A stretch of 64,000 bases of DNA, taken from the NCBI GenBank assembly GCA_015233335.1, contig JADFXX010000002.1, positions 64,891 to 128,890 on the forward strand, in the 5' to 3' direction. The DNA comes from Candidatus Omnitrophota bacterium. Its GTDB lineage: Bacteria > Omnitrophota > Gorgyraeia > Zapsychrales > Fredricksoniimonadaceae. Position numbers and translations under genes: made by a program. The notes beneath the pieces are model-generated. The model did no database searches, was not told the origin of the DNA, and saw only the letters and a list, made by a program, of their open reading frames with translations. Shown in pieces: positions 56,230-64,000 of this stretch (the first letter of the stretch is position 1; every line of letters begins with the position of its first letter).

Positions 56230-57111
56230 TCACCCTTTAATCAAGCCATAATTCCTTAAGGCTTCTCTGAGTTTAGCTAAATTGGCTTCTTCCATATCAC
56301 ACATAGGAAGACGTAAAACCCCATTACATAATCCCATCATCTCACATGCTTTTTTTACAGGAATAGGATTTGTCTCAATAAATAAGGCTCTAACCAAAGG
56401 CAGAAGTTTCAAATTGATCTCCTGTGCTTTCTTTATATCTCCTTGATTAAAAGCACTGATCAGTAACGCCACATCACGGGGGGCAATATTGGCCGCCACA
56501 GAAACCACTCCCACCCCACCGATGGCCAAAATAGGCAGGGTCAAAGCATCATCTCCTGATGTGATGAAAAAATCTTTGGGACAAAGCTCTTTAATACGCA
56601 ACATCTGATCCAAAGAGCCGGACGCTTCCTTGACCCCGACAATATTCTTAAAATCAGAAGCTAGGCGGGCCATCAAATCAGGCTCAATGTTCCTTCCTGT
56701 CCTCCCGGCAATATTATAAAGAATAATAGGAATCTGCGCTGATTCACTGACAGCCTTATAATGCAAATAAATACCTTTATTGGTCGGCCTATTATAGTAA
56801 GGAGTGACTACCAGAACCGCGTCGGCACCTACCCTGGCGGCATGCTTGGTCATATGGACCGCCTCTAACGTAGAATTAGAACCGGTACCGGCGATAACAG
56901 GTATTCTTTTAGCTACAGTTTGGACGCACAAGCCTATGACATCTTCCTGTTCTCTCTCGGACAGTGTCGGGGCCTCTCCTGTTGTCCCGCAGGGAACAAT
57001 GCCGCGGGTGCCTTCCTGGATCTGCCAATCGATCATTTTTTTGAATACAGCTTCATCAACACGATCGCCTTTAAAAGGTGTCACCAACGCCACGATAGAA
57101 CCGTTAAACAT
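56230..57111 (-). CDS. dapA: 4-hydroxy-tetrahydrodipicolinate synthase
   Basis: 293 aa. GTTGEAPTLS and YNRP motifs, Schiff-base Lys region VGVKEASG. Confidence 0.94.
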   Translation of the reverse strand: MFNGSIVALVTPFKGDRVDEAVFKKMIDWQIQEGTRGIVPCGTTGEAPTLSEREQEDVIGLCVQTVAKRIPVIAGTGSNSTLEAVHMTKHAARVGADAVLVVTPYYNRPTNKGIYLHYKAVSESAQIPIILYNIAGRTGRNIEPDLMARLASDFKNIVGVKEASGSLDQMLRIKELCPKDFFITSGDDALTLPILAIGGVGVVSVAANIAPRDVALLISAFNQGDIKKAQEINLKLLPLVRALFIETNPIPVKKACEMMGLCNGVLRLPMCDMEEANLAKLREALRNYGLIKG

Positions 57112-57931
57112 AAAAATATTCTCCTTTAGCGATCAGCTTCGCTGAGCCCTTAAGCCACACATTATCAATTTTACAGCCTTCATCCAAATCAAAAGTAATT
57201 TCCAAAATTTCTTTTCCGGCTGTTGACACCTTCATGGAAGCTCCCTTTTGTTTTTTAAGATTAGGATGAGCATGAAGGTAAGCAATCAAAGCCGAGGCAA
57301 CAGCCCCAGTACCGCAGGCCAATGTTTCTTTTTCTACCCCACGCTCGAAGGTGCGTACCGATACCATGCCTTCACGGGTATGTTCAACAAAGTTAACATT
57401 GGTGCCCCTTGGCGCAAACCGGGGATGATGACGGATCAATGCCCCCAGGCTGTTAGCATCCACCTCCTGCAATCCATCAACAAAAACCACTGTATGGGGG
57501 ACACCCGTATCGATATAATGCACTTCCAATTTTTGATTGGCTACGGTGATATTCAAATGCGGCCTGTAGTCTTTAGGGTTGGATAAACGAACTCGAGCCA
57601 CCTCCCCATGGGCCTGTGCCAAAATTTCACCAGCCATGGTTTCCATTCCAAATAAGGATTTAGCCGGTTTTAAATTAGCTGCGATATAGGCGGCCATGCA
57701 CCGGGCCCCATTGCCGCACATCTCCGCTTCCGTACCATCGGCATTGATTATGCGCATCCGGTAATCTGAGGTCGCAGATCTATCCAGCACTAAAACTCCG
57801 TCTGCTCCAATGCCGGTTTGACGGGCACAAACTGCAACGGCAAACTCTGCATAATCAAAGTTTCGCCTGGATGCAATTATAATAAAATCATTACCTGCGC
57901 CAGCCATTTTTACAAAAGGAATGCTTACCAT
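57104..57931 (-). CDS. dapF: Diaminopimelate epimerase
   Basis: 275 aa. Motifs GAGNDFII, MCGNGARC and ACGTGAVA with both catalytic Cys. Confidence 0.94.
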   Translation of the reverse strand: MVSIPFVKMAGAGNDFIIIASRRNFDYAEFAVAVCARQTGIGADGVLVLDRSATSDYRMRIINADGTEAEMCGNGARCMAAYIAANLKPAKSLFGMETMAGEILAQAHGEVARVRLSNPKDYRPHLNITVANQKLEVHYIDTGVPHTVVFVDGLQEVDANSLGALIRHHPRFAPRGTNVNFVEHTREGMVSVRTFERGVEKETLACGTGAVASALIAYLHAHPNLKKQKGASMKVSTAGKEILEITFDLDEGCKIDNVWLKGSAKLIAKGEYFYV

Positions 57932-59175
57932 CTGACGACGATCTCCCCTCGCATTAAATCTTCAAATGTTTCCCGTTGTTTAACGATCTTAAATTTATTA
58001 CCCTTGACCATAACCTCAGCTACACGCGGCCGGACATTGTAGTTACTGGACATCGCAAACCCATAGGCACCGGCACTCATCACCGCCAGCAAATCGCCGC
58101 GATTGACTACAGGCAAAGGTCGGTCTAGTGCAAAAAAATCCCCGCTTTCGCAAATAGGCCCCACCACATCGACCTTGTTCCTAGCAACTCTGCTTTTTTT
58201 AATAGGCACAATCTCATGATACGCATCATAAAGCATCGGACGGATCAAATCGTTCATGCCTCCGTCTACAATCACAAACTTCTTGTAACCGTTGTCCTTA
58301 ACGTAAAGAACCTTTGTAACGAAAATCCCTGCATTCCCTACGATAAAACGCCCCGGCTCCATAATAATCTTCAAACCCGTCTTCTCTAATATGGGCAACA
58401 CACGATCGGCAAAGTTTTGTGCTGTTTGCGGAACCTCATTCTTATAAATAATACCCAAACCTCCGCCGATATCCAAATATTCGATATGCACGCCAAAAGA
58501 ACGCAATTCATCAATGAAGGAAACCACTTTCTTAATGGCCCCGACAAAAGGCATTCCCGAAATAATTTGAGAGCCGATATGAATATGGACACCGTTAATA
58601 TTCACATGACCATATTTTTTCCGGTTCATAAAAATTTGACGGGTGGTTCTTAAATCAATACCGAATTTCTTCTTTAAAGACCCGGTAGTAATATATTCAT
58701 GCGTCGGAGCCGGGACATCCGGATTGATACGGATGGCCGCCTGCACCTGCCTGCCCATTTGACCTGCGATACGGTTAATTTCCTTTAACTCCGGCTCAGA
58801 CTCAACATTAAATAAAAGGATACCTGTTTTAATGGCAAAAGCAATTTCTTCCTGTGTTTTTCCAACAGAGGCAAACACTATTTTCTTGGGGTCAGCCTGG
58901 GCCAATAAAGCTTTACGTAATTCCCCAACCGATACAACATCTATACCTGCGCCTAAATCTACCAGACTTTTGATCAAACTTAAATTTCCGTTAGACTTCA
59001 TGGCAAAACAAATAAGTGGGTTGACCCGAGCAAAAGCCTTCTGGATCTTTAAAAAGTGATCTGTGAGCGTCTTGTAGCTGTAAAGATAAAAGGGCGTTCC
59101 CACCCGGCCTGCTATTGCGGACACTTTAACATTCTCACAAAAAAGCTCTCCGGCTTTAAAACGAAAATCATGCAT
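57925..59175 (-). CDS. lysA: Diaminopimelate decarboxylase
   Basis: 416 aa. PLP-Lys FAMKSN, GGGLGI and ICESGD motifs. Confidence 0.94.
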   Translation of the reverse strand: MHDFRFKAGELFCENVKVSAIAGRVGTPFYLYSYKTLTDHFLKIQKAFARVNPLICFAMKSNGNLSLIKSLVDLGAGIDVVSVGELRKALLAQADPKKIVFASVGKTQEEIAFAIKTGILLFNVESEPELKEINRIAGQMGRQVQAAIRINPDVPAPTHEYITTGSLKKKFGIDLRTTRQIFMNRKKYGHVNINGVHIHIGSQIISGMPFVGAIKKVVSFIDELRSFGVHIEYLDIGGGLGIIYKNEVPQTAQNFADRVLPILEKTGLKIIMEPGRFIVGNAGIFVTKVLYVKDNGYKKFVIVDGGMNDLIRPMLYDAYHEIVPIKKSRVARNKVDVVGPICESGDFFALDRPLPVVNRGDLLAVMSAGAYGFAMSSNYNVRPRVAEVMVKGNKFKIVKQRETFEDLMRGEIVVRW

Positions 59176-59179
59176 ATTT

Positions 59180-60556
59180 TTATTGTCCCAATGCCTTAGC
59201 CCATAGGTCTAACTGTTTGTGCACCAAATCGGGATTCGTTGAACCTAAAGAAGCCTTCATTTTAACAGACATCAAAGGATTAAGAAGTTTTTTGACGCTC
59301 CCATCCAAAGCCGGCGAATATTGCTTTAACTGCCCCAAGCTCAAGGAGGATAAGGCCCGTCCCCTCTTAAGGCAGTCAGAAACCATCTTCCCCAAGATGT
59401 CATGCGCATCCCTGTAAGAAACACCCTTCTTGACTAAATGATCCATCACATCAACGGTGAAAAAACTTTCGTCTTTGACTCGTTGAGCGGCATTGGCCGT
59501 CTTAACTTTCAATGATGCAAATATTTTAGTCATTACCAAAAGCATGTTTTTTGTTGTATCGACACTATCAAATAAAGCCGGTTTGTCTAGTTGCAAGTCC
59601 CGATTATATGTCAAAGGCAGCCCTTTTAACAGAACATGGATCTGGGTCAAATACCCCACGACTTTTGCACTGCTACCCCGAATCAATTCCAAGACATCGG
59701 GATTTTTCTTGTGAGGCATGATCGATGACCCCGTACAGAAACTCTCATCAATATCTATCAGATCAAACTCTTGAGTTACCCAAAAGATCAGGTCTTCTGC
59801 CATCCGTGACAGATGGATCGTAGCCAAAGCGCAAGTGCTGATCAGTTCAACGATAAAATCCCTGTCTGATACAGCATCCATGCTATTAGCCGCAACTTTT
59901 GAAAAACCCAAAAGTTTAGCGATGTAAAGCCGGTCAATTTTCAGCGAAGTGCCTGATAAAGCACAGCTGCCTAAAGGCATAAAGTCCCCTCGCTTCGCAC
60001 AATCAAATAACCGCGTTTTATCACGCTCCAACATTTGGACATAAGCCAACATATGGTGTGCCAATAACACCACTTGGGCTGCCTGCATGTGAGTGTATGC
60101 CGGAATAATGACATCCGCGTTCTTCTTGGAAAAAACAACGATGGCCTTTTGCAAACCAATAACAGCGGCAGTAAGTTGTGCAATTTCATCACGACAATAA
60201 AGTTTCATGTCCAGAACAATCTGGTCATTGCGTGAGCGGGCGGTATGCAATTTATCTGCAGGTTTGCCGATCAAACTCTTCAGACGACTTTGGATATCCG
60301 TATGAATGTCCTCTGCTTTAGGATCATACTTAAATTTGCCCTTCTCGATAGACCCCAAAATTTTTTTTAGTCCCGTAACAATTTTGACGGCATCAGATTT
60401 AGGGATAATCCCCTGTTTGCCTAACATTTGAGCATGAGCTATCGACCCCACAACATCATATTTAGCCAAACGATGGTCATAGCTAATGCTGAAGGTAAAT
60501 AAATCAGCCAGCGGGTCAGATTTTTTGCTAAATCGCGCTCCCCAGAGTTTAGACAT
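59180..60556 (-). CDS. argH: Argininosuccinate lyase
   Basis: MSKLWGARF N-terminus from the ATG at 60556; the track ORF reaches 60589. Fumarate-lyase signature GSSIMPHKKNP. Confidence 0.94.
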   Translation of the reverse strand: MSKLWGARFSKKSDPLADLFTFSISYDHRLAKYDVVGSIAHAQMLGKQGIIPKSDAVKIVTGLKKILGSIEKGKFKYDPKAEDIHTDIQSRLKSLIGKPADKLHTARSRNDQIVLDMKLYCRDEIAQLTAAVIGLQKAIVVFSKKNADVIIPAYTHMQAAQVVLLAHHMLAYVQMLERDKTRLFDCAKRGDFMPLGSCALSGTSLKIDRLYIAKLLGFSKVAANSMDAVSDRDFIVELISTCALATIHLSRMAEDLIFWVTQEFDLIDIDESFCTGSSIMPHKKNPDVLELIRGSSAKVVGYLTQIHVLLKGLPLTYNRDLQLDKPALFDSVDTTKNMLLVMTKIFASLKVKTANAAQRVKDESFFTVDVMDHLVKKGVSYRDAHDILGKMVSDCLKRGRALSSLSLGQLKQYSPALDGSVKKLLNPLMSVKMKASLGSTNPDLVHKQLDLWAKALGQ

Positions 60557-60570
60557 AGATTTTCCTAAGG

Positions 60571-61734
60571 TTAATAAGGCATCCCCCAAATCCGAATAAA
60601 GCCCTCGGAGAGTTTGGGATCAAAAATATCTTTGGCTCCGTAAGTCGCCAGTTCTTCCTTATAACGGGAATACGGTGATTTACGCCCGGCTACCTGACAA
60701 CTCCCCTTATATAGTTTCAATTTCACAACCCCGCTGACACGTTCCTGGGTCTTATTGATGAACGCATCTAATTGAAACTTAAGCGGTGTCTCCCACAAAC
60801 CATAATAGGCCAGTTCGGCATAACGCAAAGAGATCAATTCTTTATAATGCAACGTTTCACGATCCAACACCAAAGCCTCCAGCTCTTTATGAGCTGTGAT
60901 CAAAATACTGCCTGCGGGATTTTCATAGATCTCGCGGGACTTAATCCCCACTAGACGATTTTCCACCATATCAACGCGCCCCACCCCATTACGTCCTCCG
61001 ATCTCATTGAGCTTGATGATAAGCTCAACAGGGCCATACGCCTTGCCATTGACCCTGACCGGCACCCCACGTATGAACTCCACCTCGACATATTCTGGCC
61101 GATTGGAACACTTTAAAGGATTTTTGGTCATCGTATAAATTTCTTCGGGAGGCTCAATCCAAGGATCTTCGAGCACTCCACATTCAATGGAACGTCCATA
61201 AAGATTTATATCCGTCGAGTAGGGACTCTTTTTAGTCACATCGATGGGGATCTTATACTTATGAGCGTATTCTATCTCCTGCTCGCGTGTTTTAAATTCC
61301 CAAGTACGCAAAGGCGCCAAGAGTTCCAAATGGGGCGCTAAAATCTTCGCCGTGACTTCAAACCGGACCTGATCATTACCCTTGCCTGTACAACCATGGG
61401 CGATCGCTTGGGCCTTTTCTTTTTTAGCCACAAGCACCTGATGTTTTGCGATCAAAGGGCGCGAAAGGGCGGTCGCCAAGAAATACTTTCCCTCATAGAC
61501 AGCATTGGCACGAATCGCCGGAAACACATAATCTTTGACGAACTCTTGTTTTAGATCCAAAATATAAACCTTAGATGCGCCTGTCGCCAAAGCGCGTTTT
61601 TCTATAGCTTTAAAATCACTGCCCTGCCCCACATCCGCCATAAAAGCAATGACCTCAAAACCTTTATCTTTCAGCCAACGGATAAGACAGCTGGTATCTA
61701 AACCGCCAGAATAAGCTAAAATCACTTTTTTCAT
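60571..61734 (-). CDS. argG: Argininosuccinate synthase
   Basis: 387 aa. AYSGGLDTS ATP site and HGCTGKGNDQVRFE. Confidence 0.95.
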   Translation of the reverse strand: MKKVILAYSGGLDTSCLIRWLKDKGFEVIAFMADVGQGSDFKAIEKRALATGASKVYILDLKQEFVKDYVFPAIRANAVYEGKYFLATALSRPLIAKHQVLVAKKEKAQAIAHGCTGKGNDQVRFEVTAKILAPHLELLAPLRTWEFKTREQEIEYAHKYKIPIDVTKKSPYSTDINLYGRSIECGVLEDPWIEPPEEIYTMTKNPLKCSNRPEYVEVEFIRGVPVRVNGKAYGPVELIIKLNEIGGRNGVGRVDMVENRLVGIKSREIYENPAGSILITAHKELEALVLDRETLHYKELISLRYAELAYYGLWETPLKFQLDAFINKTQERVSGVVKLKLYKGSCQVAGRKSPYSRYKEELATYGAKDIFDPKLSEGFIRIWGMPY

Positions 61735-61735
61735 A

Positions 61736-62659
61736 CTAACCTTTCTTTGAGAGCAACTTTAAAAGAACCGCCTTCTGCGCGTGCAAACGATTTTCGGCCT
61801 GATCAAAGATCACGGAATGATCTCCGTCAATAATATCTGCCGTTACTTCCATGCCGCGATGCGCGGGCAGGCAGTGCATAAAAATATAGTTACGATCGGC
61901 CAATTTTACCAAGTCCTTATTGATTTGATAACCTTTAAATTCCCGAATACGTTTGGCTGTCTCTTTTTCTTGTCCCATGCTGACCCAAACATCGGAATAG
62001 ACCACATTCGCACCTTTGACAGCTTCCTTTGGATTCTTTCCAAATTCAATTTTGCAGCCATTCCCCCTAGCAATATCCTTCGCAGCATTGACAATCTTAA
62101 TGTCAGGGCCATAGCCTTTGGGCCCGGCAAACCGCACATTGATCCCGACCTTGACACATGCCATCATGAGCGAATGGAACACATTGTTGCCGTCTCCCAC
62201 ATAAGCCAAGGTCAAAGCCTTAAAACCCTTGAATTGCTCGCGAATTGTTTGAATGTCCGCCAGTGCCTGACAGGGATGATAAAGATCACACAACGCATTG
62301 ATGACCGGGACATCTGCATATTGGGCAAGTTCGGCAATATCCTTATGATGGTACACCCGGGCGACAATACAATGAACATAACGCGACAATGTCTTGGCCA
62401 CATCATATGTCGACTCTCGTTTACCTAAGTTTATTTCCTCCGGTCCTAAATAAAGACAGTTCCCACCTAATTCATAAACCCCTACTTCAAAAGACACACG
62501 CGTTCGGTTGGATGGTTTTTGAAATACCAAAGCGACCGTCTTACCCTTTAGGTCAGAACGCAGCATTCCTTTCTGTTTTTTTAACATGTCAGCCGAACCT
62601 ATCAAACTCAAAATTTCTGCGCTTGTATAATCAAGCAACCTGATCAAATCACGTTTCAT
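61736..62659 (-). CDS. argF: Ornithine carbamoyltransferase
   Basis: 307 aa. Motifs SNRTRVSFE, DVWVSMG and HCLPAHRG. Confidence 0.93.
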   Translation of the reverse strand: MKRDLIRLLDYTSAEILSLIGSADMLKKQKGMLRSDLKGKTVALVFQKPSNRTRVSFEVGVYELGGNCLYLGPEEINLGKRESTYDVAKTLSRYVHCIVARVYHHKDIAELAQYADVPVINALCDLYHPCQALADIQTIREQFKGFKALTLAYVGDGNNVFHSLMMACVKVGINVRFAGPKGYGPDIKIVNAAKDIARGNGCKIEFGKNPKEAVKGANVVYSDVWVSMGQEKETAKRIREFKGYQINKDLVKLADRNYIFMHCLPAHRGMEVTADIIDGDHSVIFDQAENRLHAQKAVLLKLLSKKG

Positions 62660-63861
62660 AAGTCTACTTTCTGTGTCTGACCCACACTCGATGTCAAGGC
62701 CCCATCTAAAAGGTGAACAGCCTTGTTAATTTGACGACGAGTTACATTAAGAGCCGGCATGATACGAAGCACATTTCCCTGAGTGCAATTAATAATTAAC
62801 CCTCGATTAAAACATTCTTTAAAAATGAGGGCGCCATCTATAGTTAATTCTACCCCGATCATAAGTCCTAGTCCGCGCACTTCCTTAATAATGTCATATT
62901 TAGATTTTAGTTCTTCCAGCAATCCCATCAAATACTGGCCTTGAACCTTGACATTCTTCAATATCTTATCGGCGTAGATGGCTTTGATCACTCCTAAGGC
63001 AGCCTTACATACCAAAGGACTGCCGGCAAAAGTAGATCCATGCATGCCGGGTTTAAACACACCCGCTAACTCTTTTTTAACGATCATGGCCCCGATCGGC
63101 AAACCTCCTCCGAGAGCCTTGGCTATACACATAATATCCGGTGTAATACCATAATGCTTATAGGCAAAAATTTCGCCGCAACGCGCCATGCCGGTCTGCA
63201 CTTCATCAAGGACTAGCAAAATCTTTTTTTCATCACAAATCTGACGAATCGCACGCACATACTCCTGACTGGCTACGTGAATCCCCCCTTCACCTTGGAC
63301 CAACTCGATCATGATAGCAGCAGTCCTGTCGCTGACCGCGGCTTGCAGGGATGTAATATCATTAAAGGGCACATACTTAAACCCTCCTAAAATAGGAGCA
63401 AAACCCTTTTGATGTTTTTCCTGGCCTGTGGCGGCTAAAGCACCCATAGTACGGCCATGAAAAGAATTAATGGTCGTTACAATCTCGTATTTCCTGCCCT
63501 CACCCCAGGCCCTAGAAAATTTAATAGCCGCCTCAACGGATTCGGCACCGCTGTTACAAAAAAAGATTTTTCCGTCGAAGGCAATACGGATCAGTTCACG
63601 GGCAAGCTTAGCCTGATGAGGGTTGTATAAATTATTAGGCACATGGATCAATTTTCCGATTTGTTCCCGAACCGCCCCCATGACCTTAGGATGACAATGA
63701 CCTAAATTGCTGACTCCCCAGCCGGGGAAAAAATCTAAATATTTTTTGCCATGAATATCTGTCAGCACAGAGCCCTTGCCCTTGACAAAAATCGCGGATG
63801 TCCGCGTATATGTCGAAAGGACACAATCATCATAGGCTTTGAAAATTTCGTCAGCTTTCAT
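62656..63861 (-). CDS. argD: Acetylornithine aminotransferase
   Basis: 401 aa. Class III aminotransferase with [16 protein letters not shown] and the PLP-Lys region CIAKALGGG. Confidence 0.92.
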   Translation of the reverse strand: MKADEIFKAYDDCVLSTYTRTSAIFVKGKGSVLTDIHGKKYLDFFPGWGVSNLGHCHPKVMGAVREQIGKLIHVPNNLYNPHQAKLARELIRIAFDGKIFFCNSGAESVEAAIKFSRAWGEGRKYEIVTTINSFHGRTMGALAATGQEKHQKGFAPILGGFKYVPFNDITSLQAAVSDRTAAIMIELVQGEGGIHVASQEYVRAIRQICDEKKILLVLDEVQTGMARCGEIFAYKHYGITPDIMCIAKALGGGLPIGAMIVKKELAGVFKPGMHGSTFAGSPLVCKAALGVIKAIYADKILKNVKVQGQYLMGLLEELKSKYDIIKEVRGLGLMIGVELTIDGALIFKECFNRGLIINCTQGNVLRIMPALNVTRRQINKAVHLLDGALTSSVGQTQKVDL

Positions 63862-64000
63862 TTTTTTATAATCTGGGTCCCAACCCCTTGATCCGTAAAA
63901 AACTCCAACAGTAAAGCGTGCGGCAGGCGAGCATCAACGATGTGAGTTTTATTCACACCCCCGCCCTTTAAGGCTTCAACACAGGAATTAACTTTAGGTA
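63858..64000 (-). CDS. argB: Acetylglutamate kinase, C-terminal fragment (runs off the window)
   Basis: Hand translation gives [46 protein letters not shown]. The TGA forms an ATGA overlap with the argD start. Confidence 0.8.
   Translation of the reverse strand, partial: PKVNSCVEALKGGGVNKTHIVDARLPHALLLEFFTDQGVGTQIIKK

Noticed and set aside
61781-62428. A 215-aa plus-strand ORF, the longest plus-strand ORF in the window
   Set aside because: It lies entirely antisense to a well-supported argF gene. It has no recognizable motifs and low-complexity composition. It is a typical shadow ORF.
1-64000. A search by eye for CRISPR arrays, IS elements or transposases, rRNA, toxin-antitoxin pairs and known defence genes
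   Set aside because: I saw no regularly spaced direct repeats, no transposase- or integrase-like ORF and no rRNA-like region. All ORFs of meaningful length are accounted for by the annotated genes.

Overview
This is a 64-kb fragment of a compact bacterial chromosome, roughly 40-45% G+C by eye. Every gene I can support (about 66 CDS plus one tRNA-Ala) is on the minus strand, and most junctions overlap or are under 50 nt. A secretin, ExbB/ExbD, SurA and surA-pdxA-rsmA synteny indicate a diderm. The lineage cannot be assigned from sequence alone; an uncultivated PVC/Omnitrophota-like organism is only a guess.

Content in transcription order (high to low coordinate):
- argB(partial)-argD-argF-argG-argH-lysA-dapF-dapA-dapB-dapL
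- folK-panC-nadX
- a small basic, internally duplicated protein followed by a 32-bp-stem terminator
- an AT-rich six-gene cassette: GT2 polyprenyl-phosphate glycosyltransferase, radical SAM/SPASM-like, GT-C+TPR transferase, class I methyltransferase, two B12-domain radical SAM enzymes
- uvrA
- an operon of giant TPR protein-exbB-exbD-two mini membrane proteins-PilX-like pseudopilin
- pilM/N-pilO-pilP-secretin-pilB-pilC, then five prepilin genes and a papain-like peptidase
- tRNA-Ala(CGC) and rsmE
- recA-recX-alaS-hisDBHAFI-trpE-rpsP-yajC-secDF-thioredoxin-like-short mfd-surA-pdxA-rsmA-thioesterase-membrane spermidine-synthase-like-gatCAB-ctp

I found no CRISPR array, IS element, integrase, rRNA or plus-strand gene.

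Best candidates for something undescribed:
1. The radical-SAM/lipid-linked glycosylation cassette (43994-51669).
2. The ExbBD/TPR/mini-protein/pseudopilin operon chained to a type IV filament locus (25996-41167).
3. The duplicated small basic protein (51840-52112).
4. A minimal Mfd lacking D1, D3 and D7 (9871-11793).

All functional calls come from motif recognition by eye. No database search was run. The ORF track labels TTG/GTG starts as M, so several starts were refined by looking for ATG plus a Shine-Dalgarno (SD) sequence.
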